64,000 nucleotides of DNA from NCBI GenBank assembly GCA_977017645.1, contig OZ360232.1, positions 37,758,001 through 37,822,000 of the forward strand, given 5' to 3'. This stretch comes from Torpedo marmorata. Taxonomy: Eukaryota. The position numbers and the translations under genes were made by a program. Every line of letters begins with the position of its first letter. The stretch's first letter is position 1. Shown piece after piece: positions 21,895-34,112 of the stretch. A model generated the notes under the pieces. It saw only the letters and a list, made by a program, of their open reading frames with translations. It had not been told where the DNA came from and searched no databases.

Positions 21895-23833
21895 AAGGTA
21901 TCATGCTCTATTGCGTATCATTCAGCCTGCAACCTTTCAAAATAATAACGTGTTTGTTTATTTCCTCTTCCAAAATGTTCAACCGTGCATTTCTCAACAT
22001 CTGCCATTTCTTTGCCCACTCTCCTAAGCTGTCCAAGTCTCTCTGCAACCTTTCGGTTTCTTCAGCACTTCCTGCTCCACCACCTATCTTGGTGTCATCT
22101 GCAAACATAGCCACAAAACCATTCAATCCGTAATCTAAATCATCAATATATATAGTAAAAAAGAAGCGGCCCCAACACCAACCCTTGCGGAACACCACTA
22201 GTAACAGGCAACCAACCAGAACAGGATCCCTTTATTCCCACCCTGTGCCTCCTGCCTGTCAGCCAATGCTCCACCCAATCTAATATCTTTCCTGTAATTC
22301 CATGGCCTCTCATCTTATTAAGCAGCCTCTTATGCGGCACCTTATCAAAGGCCTTTTTAAAATCCAAATACACAACATCCACAGCCTCTCCCATGTCCAT
22401 CCTACCTGAGATTACCTCAAAATATTCCAATAGGTTGGTCAGGCAGGATCTTCCCTTCATAAAATCATGCTGGCTTGGACCTATCATGTCATTCACCTTG
22501 AGGTATTTCATAACCTCGTCCTTGAGGATCGACTCCAAAATCTTACCAACTACCGACGTCAGACTAATAGGCCTATAATTTCCTTTTTTCTGCCTCCCTC
22601 CTTTGTTAAACAGCAGGACTACATTTGCGACCTCCAGAATCTCCAAAGCCACCTCCTTCAGAACCCGTGGCTGCACCTCACCCGCTCCGGGAGACTTATC
22701 TATCTTTAGTCCATTCAGCTTTCCTAGCACTATCTCTCTAGTAATCCTACCTGTACTTAATTCTATCCCCTGAGTCCTCTGACTATCAGGTATATTGCTA
22801 TTGTCTTCCTCAGTGAAGACTGACGCAAAATACTCATTTAGTTCCTCTGCCATCTCTTGGTTACCCTTTATAATTCCTCCAGCATCATTTTCATTCGGAC
22901 CTATATCTACCCGTGTCTCTCTTTTACTCTTCATATATTTAAAAAAACTCTTAGTATCCTTTTGTATGTTAATTGCCTACTTCCTTTCATAATTAATCTT
23001 TTCTTTCCTGATGACTGTCTTTGTCTCTCTCTGTAAGTTTTTAAAAGTTTAGGAATCCTCTGTTCTTCCACTAGTTTTTGCTTCTTTGTATGCCCACCCC
23101 TTTGTTTTTATGTTAGCCTAAACCTCTCTAGTTATCCACATTTGTGCCATTATTCCATTAATAATTTTCTTTTTCCTTGGATTATATCTATCCTGCGCTT
23201 TCTATATTTCATGTAGAAATATCATCCAATTCTGCTCTGCCGTCCCTCCATTTAGCTTACTTTTTCCGGTCAACTTGGGCCAGTTCTTCTCTCATACCAC
23301 TGTGATTTCCTTTGTTCCACTGAAATATTGATACACCTGATCTCAGCTTTCCCTTTTCAAATTTGAAACTGAACTCAATCATATTATGATCACTACTTCC
23401 TAAGGGTTCCAATACCTTTAATTCCCTAATCACATCAGGTTCATTTCACATCACCCAATCCAAAATCACCCAAACGCTGGTGGGTTTATTAACAAGCTGT
23501 TCCAAAAAGCCGTCCCTTCGGCATTCTAAAAACTCTCTCCTGAGATCCAGTACCTTCCTGACTTTCCCAATCTCCTTTCATGTTAACATCCCCCATAATT
23601 ATTTTGACATTTTCCTTTTGACACGCTTTTTCTATTTCCATCTGTAACTCGTAGTCCACTTCCCGCCTGCTGTTTGGGGGCCTATATATAACTGCTAATC
23701 GCGTCTTTTTACCCGTGTCATTTCTTAACTCAACCCACAAAGATTCTACAACATCTGACCCTATGTCCCTCCTTTCTAGTGATTTAATATCATTGTTTAC
23801 CATCAGGGCCACGCCACCCCCTCTACCTACCTT
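21895..23833 (-). mobile_element. CR1 LINE (APE to RT), degraded
   Basis: Minus ORFs ESLWVELRN, NYRPISLTSVVGK, YLDFKKAFDKVPH, FADDTKIGG. Confidence 0.9.
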
Positions 23834-24477
23834 TTTTTGGTTTTTATTATTTTCAACTTTACTTGAAACTCACAAGATAATGGTAAATTTGGATTTATCT
23901 TAATATGTTGGAACGCGATTTTATAGCTGCACTTCCAAGGCAGAGTTGTGCGTAATGATTGCCCATGTTCCCTACACACACACATTAAACGGATACAGAG
24001 AATTAAAAGAGATTAAATAATCATGATCTATTGCCAGATCTGGAGGATCACACTGCAATGAAACAAAATCAAAATTCTATCCTTTAAATTTTTGACTTGA
24101 CACAAGACATACTTATCAGCTATATTAAAAAGTTACATTTTTTTACAGTTATCAACCCGGCCAACCGATATACAGTATTGTGTAGTCAATTTCTCTCTAT
24201 TCATAATAATGTCCTGAGTGAGCAAGCAGACATCGAGATAGATGTTGTGTCAAGACGCCTGTCTGTCTCATTGGTTGCAGTTAGTGAACTCTTTCTGGCC
24301 CCATATTGCACAGTTGGTGCATCGATGACGAGTTTTTTTTTAGTTTAACTAAAATTGTTCTCCAAAGTGAGTATTATGATATTCGAAGACGGATGGTACA
24401 ACGAAACTTGAATCGTGAATTTAGTAAAGAGTTTGTATTATGACTGTGCTCTATTAAATATTCACGAGATCGGCCTA

Positions 24478-24575
24478 GTTTTAAGAATTGTTGGAGCGGT
24501 TGTTGAAAGGGACTGATTGTATCGCTGTTAACCAATGGGAATCTCGGACGCGGCAATGGATCCATTGCCCCTCCC
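24478..24575 (+). promoter_or_regulatory. Pcdh promoter of pseudogene 3 (CGCT 24523-24526, CCAAT 24532-24536)
   Basis: ttgaaagggactgattgtatCGCTgttaaCCAAT...atggatccattgcccctccc. Confidence 0.75.
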
Positions 24576-24810
24576 ACTATACAGTAAAAAATTAGATTCG
24601 CCGGAAAAAGCTGACATTCGTTAAGATTGTGGAATTAAGACGAGGAGAATAAACTTCACGCCTCTGTGCGTTTAATGTGTAGATGTTGCTGCAATAATGT
24701 TGTGAAGGGCAGTGCTTCGGTGTAATCGAGCAGAGGCCTGGCTTTGGTAAGGAATTCAGCACGGAACAAAAGCGAATTGCAACTATCTTGCTTTCAAAAC
24801 GTTTGCTTTC

Positions 24811-24900
24811 TTAGAACCATAGAATTACAGCACAGAAGACAGGCCCTTCGACCTTTCTAGTCTGGGCCGAGCTATTATTCTGCCTAGTTCCAGAACCTGC
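24811..24900 (-). mobile_element. 90-bp CR1 3' tail inserted in the signal-peptide region of pseudogene 3
   Basis: Reverse complement matches CR1 3' UTR at 21375-21467; flanks gtttgctttc|ctgatt rejoin to paralog tttgctttcctgatt. Confidence 0.8.
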
Positions 24901-26095
24901 CTGATTCCCTCTGTGTACACCGGATCGGAACTTTGGCAGATTCGCTATTATATTCCGGAGGAAATAAATGAGGAGGCGTTTTATGGCAATATATCTCAAG
25001 ATTTTGGGATGAATCCTCCGCGATTGTCAGCTCGTAATGTTCGGCTAACCTCGGATGATAGAGCGCAGCATGTGAAAGTTAATTTTGAAAATGGGATTTT
25101 GTCTGTTTGTCAAGCAATCAATCGACAGGGTGCATATCTATGGACAAGCAACTGTGCGTAAAATTCTTTTCAAAATTATACTGCAAAATCCTTTGGCGGT
25201 GCATCGCGGAGAAGGAGATTCTCGATATTCATGATCGTTCCCATGCTTTCCAGGAGAGCAGGAATGTCTTACAGATACCCGAAGCGATTACACAGGGGTA
25301 TACTTCCATCTGGAATCCGGGAAGTTCAGGACATTGGAATAAATGCAGTTGCTGCTTACAGAATCAGTTCTGACGAATACCTTAGCGTATAAACGCAAAG
25401 TCTGAGGACTGTATTACAATTTTCAAACTGCCTTTGCACAGAGAGCGACAATCCTGCTTTCAGTTCGTTCCGTTAGCCACTGTTAGTGGGGATATGGCAC
25501 AGCTCAGATTTATATTACTATAATGGACATCACTGGTAATCATCCGGTATTCGATCATGAAATTTACAGGAGAAATTTACAAGAGAAAACGTACCACTTG
25601 GTACCTTGGTGATGGAAATTAAAGCTAAAGACTCAGACAAAGTTTTTAAAGCCGAACTTCACCAAGAATTGACGAATTATTTAGTTTGGATCCCAACATC
25701 GGGAAAATGTGAGCTGAAGGAGAGCTTGATTTTGGAGAAGCAAACTCGATGTTGAAGCTGAGGACGACTGTACTCCAACAATCACAGGGCACTGCAAGGT
25801 ATTGATTAGGGTAATTGAAGTAAACGACCACACATCTGATAAAAAAGTGACATCAAGCACGGGCAATGTTCCCAAAGCAGCTGAGGTAGGAATTTTAAAA
25901 ACGTTTCTCAATGATATCGATCGTGATTCTAGAGAAAACTGGCTGATTTGCTGCGAGCTAGGAAAGAACATTTCGCCTTCAAACATCGTCGAAGCATCAT
26001 TATGAGTTGGATCTTGAATGTGTCCCTGGGTATACAATAGCTCTGGTCGCTTGGGATCTGTTAAGTAATAATTCATTGTTAAGTAATAAACCATA

Positions 26096-26761
26096 TTCCG
26101 ACATTATCAGGGTTATGTTTCAGATGTAATAGAGAGGAAGGTTCTTTTGTACATTCTACATGGTTCTGTCCAAAGATATATGATTTTTGTTTGAAAGTAA
26201 AAAAAATTTTAGACAAGGTATTACACTTCCAATGGACCCTATGATATTTTTGTTTGGAGATATTAAAATAATTAGTATTAAGATGAAATTAAATATGTAT
26301 CAAATCGAATTTTTGCGAATTGCTTTAGCTGTTTCTAAGAAATGCATTGCTATTATTTGGAAATCTGATGTAGATTTAGGGTTAGAAAGATGGCATGCAG
26401 AACTTCGTTCATGTATACCACTTGAAAAAATTACATAATTTACGTAATAAATATCATTTCTTTTTGAAAATGTGGAGCCCATATATAAAAACTGTTGGTT
26501 TAAGGATTTGAAGATCTCTGGATGTTATATCTGACTGGCGAACCTATCTTCCATAATAAAATTAGTTTATAGTTGTTCTTTTTTAGATTGACATCCTCCT
26601 TACTCTATCTTTTTCTTTCTTTCTTTCTTTTTTTTCGGGAGGGTTAGAGAGGGGAGGGAGGGAGGAGGGGGGTGAAAATGTATCACATGTATTTTGATAA
26701 TTTTGCATTTTATATTATGTATTGTGTGATTTAAAATTTTTAAATAAAATATTTTTTTAAA
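26096..26761 (+). mobile_element. L1-clade 3' fragment with 15-bp TSD inside pseudogene 3
   Basis: TSD aagtaataaaccata at 26081-26095 and 26762-26776; same family as 53690-54070 and 63335-64000. Confidence 0.9.
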
Positions 26762-28561
26762 AAGTAATAAACCATACATGTTGTAGTTTATGATGTAAAT
26801 GACAACGCGCCACGGTTTGCTGAACCGTCGTACAACATTTATGCGATGTAAACAACGTCGTTGGAACTTTATTTGTGATCTAGAACAGAATTCCGATGTT
26901 TCTTTCTCCTTCCTGAGTACGATCGTCGACAACTTTCCAGTGTCGTGTTTCATCAGAATTAACTCGATCAACAGCAGCATTTGCGCACTACGTACGTTAG
27001 ACTACGAGAAACTTAACAAAATCCATGTTGAAGCCTGCGACGGGTGAATGTGATCATCCTAGATCAAAACGATAACTCTCTCATAATAATTTAACGTTCA
27101 GAATTGGCGTGATCACATTCAGCGTAGATCCTGCCTCAATCAGCGAGACAGGGGTACTCGATCACCAAGATAATGGCTATTGATACAGATTCTGACCAGA
27201 ACGCAAAACTTTTTTTTCAGATGGTAAAATCTGATAGTGATCTGAGTTTGCTCAATGTTGGGTAAAATCTCGGTTCAAATTAGAATAGCCAGAAAATGTT
27301 TGAAATCTGATAGCACCACACAAACTCTTGTCATCTTGGTGAAGGACAACAGGCAGACGAGCCTCTCCAGCAACGTTGCAATTCAGATCTCACTTTTCGA
27401 AAACATTACTGAAACATAAACTGAATGTGGCCACACAGTGACGAAACCCGAAATGTTCCCTGATTTTAATGTTTATTCAAACGTCAATTTCGCTCGCACT
27501 TCCATTCTCTTTCTTGTGACGAGTATTCTGCTTATTAGCATCAAATGTAAGCAAAATAGAGGTAATCATCCCAGCTCGTACAAACTTGGGGATTCAAACG
27601 ATACGTTCAATCGAAGGGCTGATATGGAGGGAGCTTTTGGCGCGCGTTGAAGAAGCGCAACATTACTCCGTCTGTCTGTCTCCAGAATAAGCAAAAGCAA
27701 TTTTCTCTTTTTAAACCCATTTGGCGCTCCAGTGTCTCAGCACTAATCCTAAATTGCAATGGTGTGGTAGCATGAAACATCAATGAATACATTTGGATTT
27801 TTCATGCTGAGATGTTAATAATTGTGACTGAATTATTTTAGAAATTATACCAGATGTGTATGTTTTTGTTCTGATTTAGTCGTAAAACCTGACCGTGTCG
27901 TTTTATGTGTAAAAAGTAAGAGGACCAGTAACCGGAATCTAACTGTGTGAAAGTGCTATCTCTTCACTCTTACGGAAACGGACGACCACTTGAGCTCCAT
28001 ATTTCCATTGTTGTTGCGTCTTCTCAAATCACGTGACGCATGGATTCATCTATCGAACCTGAAGAATTAATATTGATGCAGTGCAATCAAAGAGACCCTC
28101 TCATCACATGGACAAATATTGTTTATGAAGGAACGTATTTGTTGTCATAATAAGTCCAGTGCGTGGCACTATAACTGATCCCATTTTAATCTAAAGTACA
28201 ATAAATCGTATAAATATAGGCCTATAACATTTATTCTTACTCTTTGAAGTGGTTGGTCCGGTTGTATTTAACATGCTTAATTATACTCCACTTGAATCAA
28301 ATTCTATCACTCATCACCTTTTTCAGAATTAACTTGATTATAAATATTTAATCATTATTAAATATTAACCAATTGTAGGTGTTTGCTTCAGACCGAACGC
28401 CGACGGAGACCTTTGGGTTTCTAAACGATACAAAAATAGAATGGAAAACAAACATCAAAATTACATTTGCCATCCTGAAGTTTAGTGCTGGGGAAAATTT
28501 GAATATTTGAAGCTGCTTTACAATGTGAGTTTTTATGATGTTTATATGAGTTTTTAATCAT

Positions 28562-28793
28562 ATTTTTTTAAATAGACATACAGCACGGTAACAGACCCTA
28601 CCGGCCACGAGACCGTGCAGCCCAATTACACCCACTTGACCTACAACCCCCGTACGTTTTGACGGGTGGTAGGAAACCGAAGCACCTGGAGGAAACTCAC
28701 GCAGACACGGGGAGAACGTACAGACTCCTTGATGATAGCACCGGATTCGAACCCGGTTCGACAGGGTTACGCGCCATGCTAACCGTGCCGCCC
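28562..28793 (-). mobile_element. V-SINE (HE1-like, tRNA-derived head, CR1-like tail)
   Basis: Reverse complement has B box GGTTCGAATCC and V-domain gttctccccgtgtctgcgtg...ggtttcct. Confidence 0.8.
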
Positions 28794-28863
28794 AAATTGT
28801 ACGAAAATTATGCTGCCTGACAATCAATCATAAAGAACTGAGGAATTCGACCATACAACCGTC

Positions 28864-29992
28864 TCAGAATCAGAATTTATTGTCATGAACAAGTCATGAA
28901 ATTCGGTGTTTTGCGGCAGCATCATAGTGCAATTAACATTCATATTAACCATTCTGAAGACATTACTATAAAAAATTATAAACAATAGTGCACGAAAAGT
29001 AAGGTAGTGTCTTTGGTTCATTGATTATTCAGGAATCTGATGGCAGCGGGGAAGAAGCTGACCTTGTGCCGTTGAGTGCACGACTTTAGGGTCCTGTACC
29101 TTTTCCCCGATGGAAGCAGAGTGAACAGGGCATGGCCTGGGTGGTGGGGGTTCTTGAGGATAGAGGCTGCTTTTTTAAGACACCGCCTCATGTAGATGTC
29201 CTCGATGGAGTGAAGTTTGGTGCCTGTGATGTCACAGGCCGAGTTAACTACCTTCTGGAGTTTATTCTTGTCCTGGGAGTTGACGCCACCATACCAGGCA
29301 GTGATGCAACCAACCAGAATGCTCTCCACGGTAAACCTGTAGAAGTTTACGAGAGTCTTTGGTGACATACCGAATCTCTGCAAACACCTCACAAAGTATA
29401 GCCGCTGACGAGCCTTCTTTGTGATTGCATCCACGTGGATGCTCCAGGACAGATCCTCAGAGATGTTGACACCCAGGAATTTGAAGTTCTTGACCCTCTC
29501 CACGACTGAGCCCTCGATGAGGACTGGGTCGTGTTCCCCTGACTTCCTCCGGAAGTCCACAATCATCTCCTTGGATTTGCTGACGTTGAGCTCAAGGTTG
29601 TTGTCATTAAACCATTCAACGAGCTGATCTATCTCCCTCCTGTACACTTCCTCATTGCCGTTTGTGATTCTGCCGACAACTGTGGTGTCATCGGCAAATT
29701 TGTATATGGCATTGGAATTGTGCCTGGCCACACAGTCATGAGTGTATAACGAGTAGAGCAGTGGACTAAGCACGCATCCTTGGGGTGCGCCTGTGTTGAT
29801 AATCAGTGATGAGGAGACGTTGTTTCCAATTCGTACTGACTGTGGTCTTCCGATGAGAAAGTCAAGAATACAGTTGCAGAGGGGGGTACAGAGGCTTAGA
29901 GTTTGTAGCTTCTTGACCAGCACTGAGGGAATAATGGTATTGAAGGCCGAGCTGTAGTCGATGAAGAGCAACCGTATGTATGAATTGTTGTT
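28864..29992 (-). mobile_element. Rex1/Babar-like LINE, 5'-truncated, RT ORF open
   Basis: 317-aa [31 protein letters not shown]; (ATTCTG)n tail; same family as 45081-46487. Confidence 0.9.
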
Positions 29993-30364
29993 TTCTCTAC
30001 AGTTTCATTACACAAATTTTACGTTGATTCAGCCACGTGTGATATTTCAATGGAGTAGTTAAAGCGTTTATATTCGACGCTATGTCGCTTTAATTTGAGC
30101 AGTAATGAGATAAATAATGAGCGAAGGCCTTCGAAATTGTGCTTTGCGTTCGATTTGAACAAAAGTTTTGTAATGCTGTAATCCAAAAACGAGGAGATTA
30201 TATGGGAGTTTAACGCCAAATGTCATAATTATAAAAATTTTCATATGTACACTGAGATAAATACAACTGCAGCTCGTTAATACCATTAGAGGCGCAGGGC
30301 AGCAGAGAGCAATTGCTGAAAACCGAACTATCTGCCGCGCGCATACAACCTCTGTTGCACAGTC

Positions 30365-30715
30365 GTGGAGTAATACAGCGTGAAAACAGGCCCTTTGACC
30401 TCACGTGCCCACGCTGACCACAATTTCCCACCCACGCTAGTCCCACATGGTTGCGTTTGGTCTGTATCGCTCCAAACTCATCCTGTCCATGTATCTGTCC
30501 ATTTTCCCCCTTAACCATTCCAATAGTACCGACCTCAACCATCTCCTCCGGCAGCGAATTCCATACACCCACCATCCTCTGTGTAAAAAGGGTACCCTTG
30601 AGTTCCTGTTAAATCTGTCCCCCTTACCTTAAATCTATGTCCTCTACTGATTCCCGTACTCAGGGGAAAAGGCAATCTGAATTCACTCCATCTATTCCTC
30701 TAAATACCACTAAAA
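30365..30715 (-). mobile_element. old CR1 3' fragment
   Basis: Minus ORF MVGVWNSLPEEMVE. Confidence 0.7.
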
Positions 30716-31423
30716 GATCAGCGAAAAGAAGTAACCTTGTCAAAATTCTTGGGCATGAGTGGTGCTTGGTTCACTGGTTGATATTCTTGTGACTGAGACA
30801 TACGCATGCGTTATGAAATCGGAATGCAGTGAGCAGAAAAATGTGCGAAATATCAGATCCCCTTCTGTACAGTTTGTGAACTTCTGCACTGACTGAGATT
30901 TTGTCACGAAAGTGAAGTGTTAAATGATGCTGGTTCTTTTATCTGGGTCTAATGTACCGCACGGTAAAATGCGCTGGAATCGCAAAGATAAAATTTCCAG
31001 GCTAATAAACCAGAAATGACAACTAGCAACTCAGAAAGACCGCATTCAGGCCGTTGCAGGGTAGCCGTAAAATGTCAATGCAGTTAATATTCCAGAACTT
31101 AATTTGAAAGACGGCTGCAGCAAAACCAAGCGGATGATCGCAAAAATATACTTTGTTTATAACTTTAGATGACTATGGATCAGTGTTACTCAAGAGCGCC
31201 CTTTCCCTATCTTGATGAGCATGTGATACGCTGTGCGTTCTGTTTATCTCTTGCCTTGGTAATGCTTTTGTTGCCGGTAAAAGACACTGAGAGGGATCTC
31301 ATCTCAAGAAGTTCATCTGCCTGGTTGCTGATGATTCCCAATTTTCAAAAGGGAATTTGAATTTGACATGTTCAGTACCATGTTTTTAAATTGTGCTCTA
31401 CGAAATATTCACAAGGACAATCC

Positions 31424-31522
31424 AGCTTTAAGAAATGTGGATGTAGTTGTTGAAAAGAACTGGGTGTGTCGCTGTGCACCAATAAGAATCAAAAAGGCAG
31501 AGATGGATCCATTGCCCGCCCC
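31424..31522 (+). promoter_or_regulatory. Pcdh promoter 4 (CGCT 31470-31473, CCAAT 31479-31483)
   Basis: gctttaagaaatgtggatg...gtgtgtCGCTgtgcaCCAATaagaat...atggatccattgccc. Confidence 0.85.
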
Positions 31523-31721
31523 CTTCGACACAGAAATATCAGAACTGAAAGGAAACGGGAACAAAGCGCAGTTTGACCGTGGAGGCCAGTTAAAAAAGAT
31601 AAAAGTCATACATTTATCTGTTCAGAATGTAAAAATATTGCTGCAATATTCTCGTAGGAGGCCATTTCTCTGGGTTTAATCGAGCCGTGGGTAGTATCGG
31701 AAAAGGATTCACTGCAGAACA

Positions 31722-34112
31722 ATGGCGAATTCGGCGATAAGCAACGCCGCTGCTCTCCAAACCTTTGCTTTCCTGATTCTGGTATGTACAGAGCATTCGA
31801 TTGCCGGGCAAATTCGGTATTCTATTCCCGAGGAAATGGAAGAAGGGGCTTTTGTCGGGAATATCGCTCAAGATTTGGGATTGGAAATACCGCAATTGCA
31901 TGATCGTAATTTTTTTCTGACGTCTGATGACGGAGCAGAGTATATTAATATTGAATTGGAGAGTGGGATATTATCCATTGCGAAAAAAATCGACAGGGAG
32001 CAGGTCTGCGGACAGGAAACAGCATGTACTATCACTTTTAAAATAATACTGGAAAATCCTCTGGAGGTGTATCGCGGGGAAGTGGAGATTCTTGACCTGA
32101 ATGATAATTCCCCTACATTCAGGGAGGGCACGATTGATTTACAGATAGTCGAATCTATGGCACCAGGAGTAGGCTTCCCTCTCGAGGGTGCGGAAGATCA
32201 GGACGTTGGAATTAATGCAGTCGCTGCTTACACCATCAGTTCCAGTGACTATTTCAGATTAAAGACACAGACATCCGATGACGGCATGATTGCTGTCGAG
32301 CTGCTGATGGAGAAACATTTGGACCGAGAGCTGCGGTCATCCCTTCGGTTGGTTTTGACGGCGATCGATGGTGGGATCCCTCAGAGATCGGGCACAACTC
32401 AGGTTCTCATTACTGTAGTGGACATCAATGATAATCCTCCTGTATTCCACCATAAAATTTACAGAAGCAGCTTGAGAGAAAACGCGCCACTTGGTACCTT
32501 GGTGGTGACGGTCAAAGCTAATGACCTGGACGAAGGGCTGAATGCTGATCTAACATATTCCTTCAGCAAATTAACTTCACCAAAATTGCGCGAATTGTTC
32601 AGTTGTGACCCCTATAGCGGAGAAATTCGAACCAACGGAGAGCTGGACTTTGAAGAAAAAAACAGCTATTCACTCCACCTTCAAGCTGTGGACCACGGAT
32701 CACCTGCAATAACAGGACACAGCCAGGTTTTGGTCAAGATCATTGACGTTAATGATAACACACCCGAGATAAAAGTGACGTCCTCCACGTGCAAAATCAT
32801 GGAAACCGCTTCGCTTGGAACTTTAATAACATTGGTCAATGTTATCGACCGTGACTCTGGAGAAAACGGGCAGATACACTGCGAGGTGTCAGGAAAAATC
32901 CCATTTAAACTTCAAACATCATCAAGCAATCATTATGAGCTGACTACGAGTGAGGAATTGGACAGGGAATCTGTCCCCGAGTATGAAATAGTTCTGGTGG
33001 CCTGGGATTTGGGGTCGCCTTCACTAGCGACAAATAAAACCATCCAGATTATAATTACAGATGTAAATGATAACGCCCCTCTGTTTTCGGTACTCTCCTA
33101 CAACATATATGTGACGGAGAACAACGCTCCGGGAACTTCTATCTTCGCTGTAACTGCCACGGATCGTGATATAGATCAGAATTCCTATGTTTCATACTCC
33201 CTCTTGTCGAATACTATCCAAGACACGCGAGTATCCAATTACCTCAGCATTAACGCAATGAATGGAACCATTTACGCGCTGCGCTCTTTTGACTACGAAA
33301 AACTTAAAATCTTCCAGATCCATGTTCAAGCCCGAGACGCTGGAGTGCCCCCATTGAGCAGCAGCGCTGCAGTGAATGTGATCATCTTGGATCAAAATGA
33401 CAACGCGCCTGTAATAGTTACGCCTTCAGCGCAGAGTGGATCAGCATCTACAGAGAACCTGCCCCAGTCAGCGGATCAAGGCTACTTTGTCACCAAGATA
33501 ATAGCAACTGATGCAGATTCTGGTCAGAACGCGCGGCTGTTTTATCAGGTACACCGATCAACTGATCCCACCTTGTTCAACATTGGGCAAAACTCCGGTG
33601 AGATCAGAACTGCTCGCAGAATGTTCGAGTCCGACACCTCCATACAAACTCTCGTCATCTTGGTGACAGACAACGGGCAGCCACGACTCTCCAGCACGGT
33701 TACAATTCACGTTTCATTTCTGGAGAACATCACTGAAGGAATCACGGAAAGGAATAACTTGGTGTCGGATCGCAAATATGACTCTGATCTTCATCTTTAT
33801 TTAATCGTCGTTTTCGGTTGCACTTCTGTTCTGTTTCTCGTGACCATCATTCTGTTGATTGGAATCAAATGTAAACAAGAGGGAACTGTTACCCAAAACT
33901 ATAATTCTTCCAGTTGTTGCTGCAGGCTTGGAGGTTCCACCGATGCGCTGAGTCGGAGATATGGAACGGAGGAAACATTACGCTATCCAGGGACCGGCCG
34001 GATAGTTCGAGTGCCAGAAGCGCACAATTACTCAGTCTGTCTCTCCCCAGAATCAGCGAAAAGTGATTTTCTCTTCCTGAAGCCGTGCGGCAGGCCCTCC
34101 TCTCAGCCCTAA
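31722..34112 (+). CDS. clustered protocadherin, gene 4
   Basis: 796-aa intact ORF, same domain order; close paralog of gene 6. Confidence 0.94.
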   Translation: MANSAISNAAALQTFAFLILVCTEHSIAGQIRYSIPEEMEEGAFVGNIAQDLGLEIPQLHDRNFFLTSDDGAEYINIELESGILSIAKKIDREQVCGQETACTITFKIILENPLEVYRGEVEILDLNDNSPTFREGTIDLQIVESMAPGVGFPLEGAEDQDVGINAVAAYTISSSDYFRLKTQTSDDGMIAVELLMEKHLDRELRSSLRLVLTAIDGGIPQRSGTTQVLITVVDINDNPPVFHHKIYRSSLRENAPLGTLVVTVKANDLDEGLNADLTYSFSKLTSPKLRELFSCDPYSGEIRTNGELDFEEKNSYSLHLQAVDHGSPAITGHSQVLVKIIDVNDNTPEIKVTSSTCKIMETASLGTLITLVNVIDRDSGENGQIHCEVSGKIPFKLQTSSSNHYELTTSEELDRESVPEYEIVLVAWDLGSPSLATNKTIQIIITDVNDNAPLFSVLSYNIYVTENNAPGTSIFAVTATDRDIDQNSYVSYSLLSNTIQDTRVSNYLSINAMNGTIYALRSFDYEKLKIFQIHVQARDAGVPPLSSSAAVNVIILDQNDNAPVIVTPSAQSGSASTENLPQSADQGYFVTKIIATDADSGQNARLFYQVHRSTDPTLFNIGQNSGEIRTARRMFESDTSIQTLVILVTDNGQPRLSSTVTIHVSFLENITEGITERNNLVSDRKYDSDLHLYLIVVFGCTSVLFLVTIILLIGIKCKQEGTVTQNYNSSSCCCRLGGSTDALSRRYGTEETLRYPGTGRIVRVPEAHNYSVCLSPESAKSDFLFLKPCGRPSSQP

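Larger units (their letters stand above)
24769..27752 (+). pseudogene. clustered protocadherin pseudogene 3 (old, heavily decayed)
   Basis: ATG changed to AAA (acaAAAgcgaat); remnants QIRYYIPEE, IEVNDH, DIDRDSREN, ALRTLDYEKL, TSILFLVTSILLISIKCKQ; many stops/frameshifts; two TE insertions. Confidence 0.9.

Noticed and set aside
31368-31679. Repeated small ORFs over promoters (NWVCRCAP..., also 39520, 54328, 14741)
   Set aside because: Translation of the conserved promoter DNA; starts and stops differ among copies
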